The notes: generated by a model not told the origin, from the letters alone. A DNA stretch of 55,069 nt from Actinomycetes bacterium (GCA_037138535.1 JBAXIG010000001.1:1-55069), one strand, 5' to 3'. Numbered from the stretch's first letter, positions 16,977 through 27,326 are shown. Made by a program: numbers and translations.

Positions 16977-17859
16977 TGCGCTTTCCGATCAGACCTTGTG
17001 GCCTGAGTAAGAGCACTGCGAGGAGCACAACGAACGCAGTCATAAAGGTGTAACTCGATCCGGCATATTGGAGAACAAGCGCCAAACCAAATCCCAAAGC
17101 TAGTCCGCCGAGTGCGCCACCAATCATGCTCTCTAATCCACCGACAACAGCAGCGGTAAAACCGAAGACCAAGAGCAGGTCAAGAGAGTTGGGAGCTAAG
17201 AAGGTCGTGGGAGTGATGAGAACGCCCGCCAATCCGCCAGCTGCCCCAGCGAAACTCCAACCAATGGTGCGCACTCTCCCCGTACGCACTCCCGCAAGTT
17301 GGGCAACCTCGGGCGAGAACGCGGCTGCTCTCATGGAAAGACCTAGCCCTGTGCGCTGAAAAATAAATGAGAAAGCGAGCATCACGGCTAAGGATGCGCC
17401 CACAGTAAAGAGATCAAATGCAGAGAATGGAATCTTGCTCCCACCAATCGAAAGGCCCGCAGTCGAGAACGCGGAAGGAAAATTAATTAATTCTCCGCCC
17501 CACAACATCCCAGATACTCCCTGCAATACCGCAAGAAGTCCAAGAGTTGCGATCACCGGCGCTACAGCAGCTTCCGGGCCCGAACCAGCGCGGCGCAAAA
17601 GTGGCCTTACTAACGCGAGATCAATCAGTCCGCCGAGAACTCCGCCGAAAATAATGGAGAGAAGAATCGCCAACCAATACGAGCCAGTCATACGATGAAT
17701 TTCGAGTCCGATATAGGTAGAGAGGACCGCTTGACCGGCTTGCGCAAAGTTCACCACGCGAGTACTTCGCCATACCAAAATGAGTGCAACCGCCATCAAT
17801 GAGTAGATCGCCCCGAGACTGAGGCCCATGATCAGCGTGCTTAAGAGCGTGCTCATCAA
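16960..17859 (-). CDS. livH: Branched-chain amino-acid ABC transporter permease (LivH-type)
   Basis: 299-aa polytopic ORF. N-terminus GLSLGAIYSLMAVALILVW...NFAQAG is typical of LivH. Confidence 0.85.
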   Translation of the reverse strand: MMSTLLSTLIMGLSLGAIYSLMAVALILVWRSTRVVNFAQAGQAVLSTYIGLEIHRMTGSYWLAILLSIIFGGVLGGLIDLALVRPLLRRAGSGPEAAVAPVIATLGLLAVLQGVSGMLWGGELINFPSAFSTAGLSIGGSKIPFSAFDLFTVGASLAVMLAFSFIFQRTGLGLSMRAAAFSPEVAQLAGVRTGRVRTIGWSFAGAAGGLAGVLITPTTFLAPNSLDLLLVFGFTAAVVGGLESMIGGALGGLALGFGLALVLQYAGSSYTFMTAFVVLLAVLLLRPQGLIGKRSGRRV

Positions 17860-18563
17860 TACCCCAAGTAGGCATGTCGAAGGGATTCATCTGAGGCAAT
17901 CGCATTGGCTTCGCCGCTGGCAACAATTTTTCCGAGCGAGAGCACGATAGCATGATTGGCGATACCGAGCGCACTCACTGCATTCTGTTCGACGAGCACT
18001 ACAGTGAGTCCGGTGGCTTTACGCATCGTGTCAATGGTGTGAAAAATCTGTTCGATAACGATCGGCGCTAAGCCAAGTGAAGGTTCATCGAGAAGAAGCA
18101 ACTTCGGGCGGGCCATCAATGCACGGCCAATCGCGAGCATTTGGCGTTCGCCGCCAGAGAGTGAATCTGCGCCTTGCTTGAGACGTTCACCTAAACGTGG
18201 AAAGAGATCGAGTACTTCGCTCTTAGTTACTGCCACATCGGGATCTTTGCCGCGCCATAATGCACCGAGGGTGAGGTTTTCTTCCACCGAGAGTTCGGCA
18301 ATAACCGAACGCCCTTCAGGCACATGCGCGACACCATGGCGCACAATCTCCGATGTTGGGAGTTTCAATAAATCCACATCGCCCCAACTCGCACTTCCCG
18401 AAGTAGCTTTCACTAGCCCCGAGAGAGTGCGGAGTAAAGAAGACTTACCAGCGCCGTTGGCACCAATGACGGCAGTGCAACTTCCTACCTCTGCACGAAA
18501 GGAAACGCGGTCAACGGCGCGCACCTGCCCGTGATCGGTCGTGAGCGAATCAATGCGCAGCAT
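17856..18563 (-). CDS. livF: Branched-chain amino-acid ABC transporter ATP-binding protein (LivF-type)
   Basis: 235-aa ORF. Walker A GANGAGKSS, signature LSGGERQ, Walker B LLLLDEPS. Confidence 0.88.
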   Translation of the reverse strand: MLRIDSLTTDHGQVRAVDRVSFRAEVGSCTAVIGANGAGKSSLLRTLSGLVKATSGSASWGDVDLLKLPTSEIVRHGVAHVPEGRSVIAELSVEENLTLGALWRGKDPDVAVTKSEVLDLFPRLGERLKQGADSLSGGERQMLAIGRALMARPKLLLLDEPSLGLAPIVIEQIFHTIDTMRKATGLTVVLVEQNAVSALGIANHAIVLSLGKIVASGEANAIASDESLRHAYLGY

Positions 18564-19326
18564 TATTGCCCCCTAATGCTGCAGCACCAAGATAAGCCGC
18601 AATCACTCCTGGATCCTGACGCACTTTCTCTGGAGCGCCACTTGCAATCACTTGTCCAAAATCAAGCACGTAAATTTTTTCACTTACTGCCATCACGACA
18701 TCCATATGATGCTCAACAAGCAGCACGGCGCATGAGAGCGATTTGATAATCTCTACAAGCCATCGCAGATCCTCAGCACCTAAACCACCAGCAGGCTCAT
18801 CAAGCAGCAATAGCTTTGGTTCAGTCACCAGGGCACGCGCCAAACTCACGCGCTTAAGAAGTGGAAAAGCAAGATCGCTCGGCTTTGATTTCGCTAATTC
18901 TGCCGCGCCACAAAATTCGAGTGCTTCCATCGCGCGCATTCGCAATTTCGCTTCATCGCGATCGTAGGTGCCAAACATGGCACTCAATATTCCGGTCCGT
19001 GACTTATGCGTGAGAGCAACCATCACGTTCTCGACACAGGTGAGATCAGAGAAGAGACCCACACCTTGAAGGGTGCGTGCGATACCGCGCTTGATGAGTT
19101 GATCTGGCTTGGGGAATTGAATGAGCTCGCCCTCCCAGGCGATGGAACCCGAATCTGGAGTAACAAAACCACTCATGACATTGAAGAGGGTGGTCTTGCC
19201 GGCACCGTTGGGACCGATCAAACCCACCACTTGCCCCGGGAAGACCTCAAGGTGGACATCATCTAAGGCCCGAAGTCCACCGAAGGTCACGTTGACACCT
19301 TCGAGAGCCAGAATCGGTGAAGTCAC
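18550..19326 (-). CDS. livG: Branched-chain amino-acid ABC transporter ATP-binding protein (LivG-type)
   Basis: 258-aa ORF. FGGLRALDDV, Walker A GPNGAGKTT, Walker B LLLLDEPAGG. Confidence 0.88.
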   Translation of the reverse strand: MTSPILALEGVNVTFGGLRALDDVHLEVFPGQVVGLIGPNGAGKTTLFNVMSGFVTPDSGSIAWEGELIQFPKPDQLIKRGIARTLQGVGLFSDLTCVENVMVALTHKSRTGILSAMFGTYDRDEAKLRMRAMEALEFCGAAELAKSKPSDLAFPLLKRVSLARALVTEPKLLLLDEPAGGLGAEDLRWLVEIIKSLSCAVLLVEHHMDVVMAVSEKIYVLDFGQVIASGAPEKVRQDPGVIAAYLGAAALGGNNAAH

Positions 19327-19349
19327 GCACCTGAGGGTACCGGAAGGGA

Positions 19350-20408
19350 TTATGCCTCGCTACGCACGAGTCGCACGATTGCTTCGCTGACTTGATCAGG
19401 TCTTTCCAGCATGAGGAGATGGCCGGTCTTCGGCAATAAATGCACGGGCGCTCCGGGTATCTGCTCCCCCATTATGGAGGTGTGTTCGGGAGGCGTCAGG
19501 CGGTCAGAGAGTCCACAGAAGAATTCGACAGGTACTTTCTTGAGAACATGGAGCGCCTCAAAAGCATCGAACTCCTGAAAGAGGGGAAAGAAATCTGCGA
19601 TCACTTCGATACTGGTCTCCCGGATCATCTCCGAAACGAACTCCACCAACCGAGGGTCCACTTGGCTGTCAAATGAATAGCGCTTCGTCATTACAAAGGC
19701 AATATCTTTTCCAGCGCGCATCCCGCGCTCGACAAGTTCACTTCGGTCTGCCAGGAAGTCAAGGATCTGTGGCGCGTAATTACTCACGATTGGCAAATCA
19801 AGGATGGGGGTACCAAGACGGGATTGCGCGCTCTCCCCCGAAGTACTCGAAATCATCACAACGCCTTTAATCACTTTTCCGAAGAGTTCTGGATACTTAC
19901 GTGCAAGTGCCAAAATCGACATCCCGCCCATAGAGTGCCCTACTAAATAAACCTCGTCGGCTGCATACTGCGTCAATACTGAATGTAAGTCTTCGCCAAG
20001 TGCGTTAATTGAATCGACTGGTTCATACTCACTCTCGCCATGGCCGCGCTGGTCGTATCGCACTAAACGAGTCTCTGGCCCGAGGTGTGCTGGCAGATCA
20101 CGCCACTGATACCACCAGGAACGGCGGTCTAAGGCGTATCCGTGTGCAAAGATCACGACCTTTTTTGCCAGCGGATCGCCCATGGTTTCAGTAATCAGTC
20201 GAACACCGTCTGAGGCCACCACAACTTCTTCACCTACTTCGTAACTTTCGCCGCGCCATGGCCCATCGATGCGTGGATCGGCCTTCTTGAGCGAGCGACC
20301 CACCATGTATCTTTCAGCTGCCAATCCCACTGCCGCACCGGCAGCGAGCACGCCCATCGTGGCTCCAATGGTGGCGCCCGCCTTCCCCACTTTTGCGATG
20401 CGACTCAT
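19350..20408 (-). CDS. Membrane-anchored alpha/beta hydrolase
   Basis: 352-aa ORF with an N-terminal hydrophobic segment. HG...GHSMGG nucleophile elbow and a C-terminal GH motif. ATGA overlap with alr. Confidence 0.8.
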   Translation of the reverse strand: MSRIAKVGKAGATIGATMGVLAAGAAVGLAAERYMVGRSLKKADPRIDGPWRGESYEVGEEVVVASDGVRLITETMGDPLAKKVVIFAHGYALDRRSWWYQWRDLPAHLGPETRLVRYDQRGHGESEYEPVDSINALGEDLHSVLTQYAADEVYLVGHSMGGMSILALARKYPELFGKVIKGVVMISSTSGESAQSRLGTPILDLPIVSNYAPQILDFLADRSELVERGMRAGKDIAFVMTKRYSFDSQVDPRLVEFVSEMIRETSIEVIADFFPLFQEFDAFEALHVLKKVPVEFFCGLSDRLTPPEHTSIMGEQIPGAPVHLLPKTGHLLMLERPDQVSEAIVRLVRSEA

Positions 20409-21526
20409 GCACCCGCTCCAAAATATTCTCGCGCAACTCGCGGACCTAGTCGCGTCACTATTTCATAATTTACGGTGCCGCTTGCACTTGCCCACGCATC
20501 CACAGTCGGACCGCCCTCACCGAAGAGCACCACTTCATCGCCGGCTTTGGCGGTGGAATCGGGACCTAGGTCAATCACAAACTGATCCATACAGATCCGG
20601 CCTAGAACCGGCGCTTCGTAATCGCCGACATTTACTTTGAGCGCGTTAGAACCATGCCGTGGGACGCCATCGGCATAGCCCATAGGAACTACCCCCACTT
20701 TGGTGGCGTGTTTCGTGATGGCAGTTCCACCGTAAGAGACTGCAACCCCACTCGGTACTTCTTTCACGAGCATCAAACTCGCCACCAACGTCATTGCGGG
20801 AGTGAGATCGTACTTTGTGGCGCTACCTAACGTGGTGACATCTGGAGAGAGGCCGTACATGACGATTCCGGTGCGCACTAAGTCATAGTGTGATGAAGGA
20901 TCCATCAATGTTGCTGCAGAGTTTGCAAGATGGCGCACTTGCGGTTCGATCCCCGCAGCACTCACGACTTCTAACGCATGATCGAAAGAATTCTTCTGGG
21001 CGGCATTTGCCGGGTGTCCAGGTTCATCAGCACGGGCAAAATGCGACCAGACTCCTACTACCTCGATATTTCCACTCTTCATTAACTCAGCGCCACGTGA
21101 CACCAGTTGATCCCATTGGCCAAGAGCGCCGGCACGCGTCATCCCTGTGTCTACCTCGAGGTGAACTCGTGCGCGCTTGCCAAGGAGAGCCGCCGCCGCA
21201 TCAATCTCTTCAAGTAATTCAATAGAACTCGCCGAGAGATCTACATTCTCTTCGATTGCTGCTGCGAAATCATCACCTGGTGGCGAAAGCCAGGAAATCA
21301 CCTGAGGTGTAGTAACACCCTGCCTGCGAAGCTCTAGCCCCTCAGCTAATAGCGCCGTTCCAATCCACTGGGCACCGCCATCAATGGCTGCACGTGCAAC
21401 CGGAACCAAACCGTGGCCATATGCATCTGCTTTCACTACCGCCATCAGCGGAACATTCACGCGCGCACGGAGCACTCGAATGTTTGAGGAGATTGCGTCC
21501 AGGTTGACGCGGGCAACTGCGCGCAT
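20405..21526 (-). CDS. alr: Alanine racemase
   Basis: 373-aa ORF. AVVKADAYGHG is the PLP-lysine motif. Confidence 0.95.
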   Translation of the reverse strand: MRAVARVNLDAISSNIRVLRARVNVPLMAVVKADAYGHGLVPVARAAIDGGAQWIGTALLAEGLELRRQGVTTPQVISWLSPPGDDFAAAIEENVDLSASSIELLEEIDAAAALLGKRARVHLEVDTGMTRAGALGQWDQLVSRGAELMKSGNIEVVGVWSHFARADEPGHPANAAQKNSFDHALEVVSAAGIEPQVRHLANSAATLMDPSSHYDLVRTGIVMYGLSPDVTTLGSATKYDLTPAMTLVASLMLVKEVPSGVAVSYGGTAITKHATKVGVVPMGYADGVPRHGSNALKVNVGDYEAPVLGRICMDQFVIDLGPDSTAKAGDEVVLFGEGGPTVDAWASASGTVNYEIVTRLGPRVAREYFGAGA

Positions 21527-21531
21527 GTCTA

Positions 21532-22893
21532 TTACCTTAGCGCGAAAGGAAGTATCTCGATGAGTTCACTGGCGCCCGCCGTGAGACTCTCCCCTGCTTT
21601 CCCATGGATATATGCACCGGCTATCGCACTATTCTGGATAGCGCCCGTGCGTGCCATGAGATTGCCGATGATGCCGGCGAGTACATCACCGGAACCAGCA
21701 GTGGCGAGTGCCACACTTCCACGCATATTCACTACCGGAATTTCACCAGGTGAGACGATCAATGTACGCGGCCCTTTCAACAACAAATGACATCCGTATG
21801 CGCTCACAAAATTTTGCGCACATTCCAGCGGATTAGCAAGAAGCTGCACCGCAAAAGCAGCAAAGTGTGTAGCGAATTCTCCATGGTGTGGCGTGACGAG
21901 AATCTGTTGGCGCTGTTTTGCTGGGATCTTCTCCAGAAATGGAAGCGCTCCGGCATCGAGAAGCGCAATTCCACCATTCGCGAGGTGCTCAAAAGTTGCC
22001 CGTTCTTGGGCTTGGGTGAGTGAGATCAACCCCGGCCCCACAATGAGCGCATCGATCTTGCCGGGTGCAGTAACCACTTCCGGAACCTCTGAAAAGAATT
22101 CACGACTCTCAGCACGAATCATTCCGATGCCTAAAGCCAGAGCTGCCCTGATCGAAAGAATGCCAGCACCTGGAAAAGTCTCAGAACCCGCGATCACTCC
22201 CAAGACTCCTCGACGGTACTTATGGTCGCTCACGATCTCCGTAGGCAGAAGTTGATGCACCTCTGAATCTTCAAATGAAACAAGTGCGGGGATTTCACTC
22301 TCATAATCGAGGCCAATATCTGCTAACTCAGAGAGTCCAAGACCACTTTCAGAGAGCAGGTGTGCAATCTTCCAACTTCCAATCGCCACAGTGACGGTGG
22401 GAACGAGCGCGGGTTGATCTACACCTTCTCCATCGGCGTTCATCCCACTTGGTAGATCAACAGCCAACGTGGGCACGCCTTGGATCTCAGTCAGCGCGCT
22501 TAGTACTTCAAGAGAGATGCCGGCGCGCGCACCTAAGCCAAGAAAGCCATCAATGACCAGGTCGTAGGAGTGAGTAGGTTCAGCTATCCAACGCCCACCA
22601 CGGCGTACAAATTCTTGGCCGCCAGCTTCATGAAAGCTCGAAGTCAGCGCGAGTGCCTCAACTTGTACACCTCGCGAAAGCATGAGACCACCGGCGAAAA
22701 GTGCATCTCCACCGTTGTCACCACTTCCCACGAGAAGCAGAACTCGTCGGCCATAAGCACCATGGTTTTCTGTCAACATCTCTAGCGCGTGATGCGCAAT
22801 CGCATGAGCTGCGCGCTCCATGAGCGGCGCGCCCTGCGATAAGTACTCCGCTTCTACTCGGCGGACACTAGCCGCGCTATACGCCCGCTTCAT
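21532..22893 (-). CDS. nnr: Bifunctional NAD(P)H-hydrate repair enzyme (epimerase + ADP-dependent dehydratase)
   Basis: 453-aa ORF. N-terminal YjeF_N-like part (GSGDNGGDALFAG) and C-terminal carbohydrate-kinase-like part (GSGDVLAG). Confidence 0.88.
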   Translation of the reverse strand: MKRAYSAASVRRVEAEYLSQGAPLMERAAHAIAHHALEMLTENHGAYGRRVLLLVGSGDNGGDALFAGGLMLSRGVQVEALALTSSFHEAGGQEFVRRGGRWIAEPTHSYDLVIDGFLGLGARAGISLEVLSALTEIQGVPTLAVDLPSGMNADGEGVDQPALVPTVTVAIGSWKIAHLLSESGLGLSELADIGLDYESEIPALVSFEDSEVHQLLPTEIVSDHKYRRGVLGVIAGSETFPGAGILSIRAALALGIGMIRAESREFFSEVPEVVTAPGKIDALIVGPGLISLTQAQERATFEHLANGGIALLDAGALPFLEKIPAKQRQQILVTPHHGEFATHFAAFAVQLLANPLECAQNFVSAYGCHLLLKGPRTLIVSPGEIPVVNMRGSVALATAGSGDVLAGIIGNLMARTGAIQNSAIAGAYIHGKAGESLTAGASELIEILPFALR

Positions 22894-22924
22894 GAGCCCA
22901 CTTCATGAGCCCACTTCATGAGAC
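22888..22924. repeat. 13-bp tandem repeat, 2 full copies plus an 11-bp partial copy (CTTCATGAGCCCA), at the acpS stop / nnr start junction
   Basis: Read directly: cttcatgagccca cttcatgagccca cttcatgagac. Each copy carries TCATGA, which contains both a stop and a start on the minus strand. Confidence 0.9.
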
Positions 22925-23266
22925 CTCTTCAAGAAGTACAAATGCGGAAGCGATCCCGCCATCGTGAGAGAGGGTGAGATGAATCCTCGCATCCCCCACG
23001 GCCGCAGCCACACTGCCACTCACTGAAAAGAAGGGGCGCCCGGAGCCATCTTTCTGTACTTCAGCGTCGTGCCATTGCAAACCTGCAGGCACACCGAGTG
23101 CTTTAGCTAACGCCTCTTTTGCTGCGAAGCGCGCAGCTAGCGAGGCATGAGGCAAGCCTCGTTCATTTTCTGTGAAGAGGCGATCTCGCAGACCCGGCGT
23201 GCGACCTAGCGCCTCCTCAAAGCGATCTAGATCGACTACATCTATGCCAATTCCGCGAATGGTCAT
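22916..23266 (-). CDS. acpS: Holo-[acyl-carrier-protein] synthase
   Basis: 116-aa [15 protein letters not shown] and the [10 protein letters not shown] motif. Confidence 0.93.
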   Translation of the reverse strand: MTIRGIGIDVVDLDRFEEALGRTPGLRDRLFTENERGLPHASLAARFAAKEALAKALGVPAGLQWHDAEVQKDGSGRPFFSVSGSVAAAVGDARIHLTLSHDGGIASAFVLLEEVS

Positions 23267-23973
23267 GGTTGCACCGGTTGTTTTGCAGAAGGCACAAAGC
23301 GATCAACCGCCATCACGAGTACCAAGAGAGCAGCACCAATCAAGATCCCACCAATGAGATCACTGAGCCAGTGCGTGTTTCGGAAGAGCGAAATCACTGC
23401 CACCACTCCGGTGACAGCAGAAACGGCTACTGCAAGCAAGGTTGCTCTATGAATAGCGCGGTGCGTGTATCGGTAAATGAGATAGGCAAGCACGCCCCAC
23501 GTGAGGATGGCATTCGCCGCATGACCGCTGGGATAAGAACCAACCCCGCTCACATCGAAATTATCTACTCCGTCAAGCGGCTTGCTTCTCCCAATGATGA
23601 TCTTGAGAGCACCTACAACAAGATTCAAGGCAATCAAAGAGAGTAGAGCCAGATTGAGCGGACGCCAGGACTTGAAACGAATTGAAATAGCGATTGCTGC
23701 AATGAGCAGCACGGTGGCACTGAGTCCACGCAACCCTAGGTTATCGAGCCAGAGGACGATGTGATGATTAATTCCTTTGAGGCGAAGCGCACCACGATCT
23801 CCGATTTTATCGTCAATCGCTCGGTACCACTTTGCTTGCGTGACAAGGAGGGTGTTCAATGCAAAGAGCGCCAGCAATAGAGACGAACGCCGGAGCGCAT
23901 TAGACATTTGGCGGCGGCGTTGTAGGTCTACCGTCACCGTGTATTGCGCATCGGTGCTGTTATCTGTGTTCAT
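23263..23973 (-). CDS. PAP2-family membrane phosphatase
   Basis: 236-aa polytopic ORF with PAP2 motifs GRSKP..., YPSGHAA and [13 protein letters not shown]-type overlap with acpS. Confidence 0.75.
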   Translation of the reverse strand: MNTDNSTDAQYTVTVDLQRRRQMSNALRRSSLLLALFALNTLLVTQAKWYRAIDDKIGDRGALRLKGINHHIVLWLDNLGLRGLSATVLLIAAIAISIRFKSWRPLNLALLSLIALNLVVGALKIIIGRSKPLDGVDNFDVSGVGSYPSGHAANAILTWGVLAYLIYRYTHRAIHRATLLAVAVSAVTGVVAVISLFRNTHWLSDLIGGILIGAALLVLVMAVDRFVPSAKQPVQP

Positions 23974-23993
23974 GGCTTTTCTGTGTTCATGGC

Positions 23994-25844
23994 TTACTCG
24001 ACAGTGACTGATTTGGCCAGGTTTCGAGGTTGGTCGACATCGAAGCCCTTCACCGTGGCCATCTCGCAGGCAAAGACTTGGAGTGGAACGGTAGCGAGCA
24101 GAGGTTGCATAAGAGTGGGGCAGACTGGGATGCGAATAATGAAGTCTGCTGCGCTATTGATAGATTCGTCGCCTTCTTCTGCGATAAGTATTGTGTACGC
24201 GCCGCGAGCACGTACTTCTTCCACATTGCTTACCACCTTGTCGTGCACCACGGAGCGTCCACGTGGCGACGGGATGGTGACAAAAACTGGGGTACCAGCT
24301 TCGACGAGTGCAATCGGACCATGCTTCAGTTCCCCTGCCGCAAAACCTTCGGCATGCATATAGGCAAGTTCTTTAAGTTTGAGTGCTCCCTCAAGTGCTA
24401 CCGGGAAACCTACGTGACGGCCAAGAAAGAGTACAGAAGTCTTATCTTTCAATGTTGACGCTAGCTTGCGCACTGGCTCCATAGTTTCTAATACTCGTTC
24501 AATCTTCTCTGGCATATCTCGCAAGTCGGTGAGAATGGCGGCAATTTCATCTCCGTACTTATTGCCGCGCACTTGCGCCAAGTAGAGCCCCACTAGATAA
24601 GCTGCCACGATTTGCGTGAGGAATGCTTTAGTCGATGCCACCGCGATTTCGGGACCTGCATGCGTGTAAAGCACCGCATCTGATTCCCGCGGAATTGTGG
24701 AGCCATTGGTATTGCAGATCGCTAACACTCGGGCACGTTGTGCACGTGCATGGCGGAGGGCCATCAACGTATCCATCGTTTCACCAGACTGTGAGATTGC
24801 GATGACAAGAGTTTGGGGGTCAACGATGGGATCGCGATACCGAAACTCGCTCGCCAACTCGACTTCAACCGGAATACGCGTCCAATGCTCGATCGCATAC
24901 TTCGCAATCATGCCTGCGTGGTAGGCGGTTCCACAGGCAATCACAATGATCTTGTCGACCTCGCGCAACTCTTCATCTGAAAGACGCATTTCATCTAGCG
25001 TAAGTTTTCCATCTACCCCCAAGCGTCCGAGCAATGTATCTGCGACCGCTTTAGGTTGCTCTGCGATTTCCTTAAGCATGAAGTATTCGTAGCCACCCTT
25101 TTCGGCTGCAGCTGCATCCCAGGTAACTTCGTATTCATTTGTTTCGGCTGGGGCACCATCAAAAGTGGTGACCGAAATACCATCGCGAGTAATCTCAACA
25201 ACTTGATCTTGACCGAGTTCCACTGCATTGCGCGTGAAAGAGATAAATGCTGATACATCGGAGGCGAGAAAATTCTCTCCTACACCCCTGCCTACAACAA
25301 GTGGTGAGTTACGTCTCGCACCAACGACGCAGTCGGGTGAATCGGAATGAACGGCTACCAGAGTAAATGCACCAACAAGTTGCTTACATACATCTCGCAT
25401 GGCTTGCGCTAAATTTCCACCCGAAGTGGCATAAGCATCTTCTAGTAAGTGTGCGACTGATTCTGTGTCCGTCTCAGAAGAGAAGTCATGCCCATTCGTT
25501 TCGAGTCCGAGGCGTAGCTTAGAAAAGTTTTCGATGATCCCGTTATGAATGACCGCTAATTTTCCAGTGCAATCCACATGCGGATGTGCATTGCGGTCAG
25601 TGGGTCCCCCGTGAGTGGCCCAACGAGTATGTCCCATACCTGTAGTGGCTGCCGGAAGTGGCGTGCGACCAAGGGACTCTTCAAGGTTGATGAGTTTTCC
25701 AGCACGCTTATCGGTGGCTAGGCCATCTGTCGTTACTAAGGCAACACCAGCTGAGTCATATCCACGATATTCCAAACGGCGAAGACCCGAGATGACCACA
25801 TCGAGGGCTGATTGCTCGCCTACATATCCGACGATGCCACACAT
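23994..25844 (-). CDS. glmS: Glutamine--fructose-6-phosphate aminotransferase
   Basis: 616-aa ORF. MCGIVGY is the N-terminal nucleophile Cys. The C-terminus ends KSVTVE. Confidence 0.98.
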   Translation of the reverse strand: MCGIVGYVGEQSALDVVISGLRRLEYRGYDSAGVALVTTDGLATDKRAGKLINLEESLGRTPLPAATTGMGHTRWATHGGPTDRNAHPHVDCTGKLAVIHNGIIENFSKLRLGLETNGHDFSSETDTESVAHLLEDAYATSGGNLAQAMRDVCKQLVGAFTLVAVHSDSPDCVVGARRNSPLVVGRGVGENFLASDVSAFISFTRNAVELGQDQVVEITRDGISVTTFDGAPAETNEYEVTWDAAAAEKGGYEYFMLKEIAEQPKAVADTLLGRLGVDGKLTLDEMRLSDEELREVDKIIVIACGTAYHAGMIAKYAIEHWTRIPVEVELASEFRYRDPIVDPQTLVIAISQSGETMDTLMALRHARAQRARVLAICNTNGSTIPRESDAVLYTHAGPEIAVASTKAFLTQIVAAYLVGLYLAQVRGNKYGDEIAAILTDLRDMPEKIERVLETMEPVRKLASTLKDKTSVLFLGRHVGFPVALEGALKLKELAYMHAEGFAAGELKHGPIALVEAGTPVFVTIPSPRGRSVVHDKVVSNVEEVRARGAYTILIAEEGDESINSAADFIIRIPVCPTLMQPLLATVPLQVFACEMATVKGFDVDQPRNLAKSVTVE

Positions 25845-25887
25845 AGACGCTCCCTCCCTTCAGATAACCGGGTGCTCACCCTCTAGC

Positions 25888-27225
25888 CTAGAGGGAAAGG
25901 GCAGCGCGAACCTCATCTGCCAGCGCAAGAGCTACTCGTTCAGCCACGTCAACCTCAGCGGCCTCAACCATCACCCGCACGACGGGTTCAGTGCCAGAAG
26001 GGCGTAATAAGACTCGGCCGCTCTCACCCAAATCTAATTCTGCAGCGGCCACCGCGCTATTCATTTCGCCCACCCGCGTTCGATCTACTCCACTTACGTT
26101 GATGAGTACCTGCGGATAGCGGGTAAAGACCGAAGCTAAGTCGGCCAGTGATCTCCCACTGCGTTTCACTGCTGCAGTGAGATGTAATGCGGTCAACACA
26201 CCATCGCCAGTCTCAGCATGATCGGCAAGGATGAGGTGGCCAGATTGCTCACCACCTAAATTAAAATTACCTTGGCGCATCTCTTCAAGTACATATCGAT
26301 CGCCCACATCGGCAGAGATGACACTCACGCCGGCAACTTTCATCGCACGCATAAATCCCAAATTGCTCATCACTGTTGCCACCACGGTGTTCTTAGCTAG
26401 TAGCCCGCGCTCTTTCATAGAAAGCGCCAGGATCGCCATGATTTGATCTCCATCAATAATTTTCCCAGCGTGATCAACTGCTAAACAGCGATCAGCATCG
26501 CCATCGTGGGCGAAACCCATATCTGCTTTCTCGGCGAGGACTCTCACTGCAAGCTGATCGATATGGGTTGATCCCACACCTTCGTTGATATTGAATCCAT
26601 CTGGCGATGTGGCAACTTCGATTACTTCAGCGCCAAGTGCGCGAAATGCTTGTGGGCTCACATACGAGGCAGCACCGTTGGCACCATCTATCACAATCTT
26701 AAGACCATTAAACTTTTGATCCACTGTGCCAATCACGTGCGCTAAATATTTCTCTGCAGCAGTGTTGTCATCAATCACGCGGCCAACTGCATTTCCGACT
26801 GGTCGCTCCCATGGTTCATTAAGGCGAGCCTCAATTGCGTCCTCTAGCGCATCATCTAATTTTACTCCACCTTTGGCAAAGAATTTGATGCCATTGTCTG
26901 GCATGGGATTATGCGATGCGCTAATCATCACTCCGAGATCAGCGCCCGTCACATTCACGAGGTGTGCCACTGCTGGCGTGGGCAAGACGCCAACTCGGTA
27001 CACATCAACGCCAGCCGATGCGAGACCAGAGACAACTGCAGCTTCTAGGAATTCACCTGAGACACGAGTATCTCGTCCGACGATGGCGCGCGGGCGGTGG
27101 CCAGCAAAGGTGCCTTTCTCAGCCAAGATATGCGCGGCGGCCACGGAGAGATCAAGCGCTAACTCTGCGGTGAGGTCTTTGTTAGCAACACCACGAACCC
27201 CATCGGTGCCGAAGAGTCTGCCCAT
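25888..27225 (-). CDS. glmM: Phosphoglucosamine mutase
   Basis: 445-aa [11 protein letters not shown] and the active-site SASHNP. Confidence 0.97.
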   Translation of the reverse strand: MGRLFGTDGVRGVANKDLTAELALDLSVAAAHILAEKGTFAGHRPRAIVGRDTRVSGEFLEAAVVSGLASAGVDVYRVGVLPTPAVAHLVNVTGADLGVMISASHNPMPDNGIKFFAKGGVKLDDALEDAIEARLNEPWERPVGNAVGRVIDDNTAAEKYLAHVIGTVDQKFNGLKIVIDGANGAASYVSPQAFRALGAEVIEVATSPDGFNINEGVGSTHIDQLAVRVLAEKADMGFAHDGDADRCLAVDHAGKIIDGDQIMAILALSMKERGLLAKNTVVATVMSNLGFMRAMKVAGVSVISADVGDRYVLEEMRQGNFNLGGEQSGHLILADHAETGDGVLTALHLTAAVKRSGRSLADLASVFTRYPQVLINVSGVDRTRVGEMNSAVAAAELDLGESGRVLLRPSGTEPVVRVMVEAAEVDVAERVALALADEVRAALSL

Positions 27226-27272
27226 AACTTTGATCCTTCCATAGCGCCCTCACTTTTGGGGCTCTTACCACT

Positions 27273-27314
27273 TAAAAAGAGGAGCCCCGAACCGAAGTGG
27301 TTCGAGGCTCCTCT
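27273..27314 (-). terminator. Rho-independent terminator after rpsI
   Basis: Compound stem AGAGGAGCC/GGCTCCTCT plus inner CGAACC/GGTTCG. On the minus strand it is followed by TTTTTAAG. Confidence 0.85.
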
Positions 27315-27326
27315 GAAGTTCTTGAG

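Noticed and set aside
25845-25887. Possible glmS ribozyme upstream of glmS
   Set aside because: Only 43 nt separate glmM and glmS, far too short for the ribozyme, which needs more than 150 nt. The element is not expected in this phylum.
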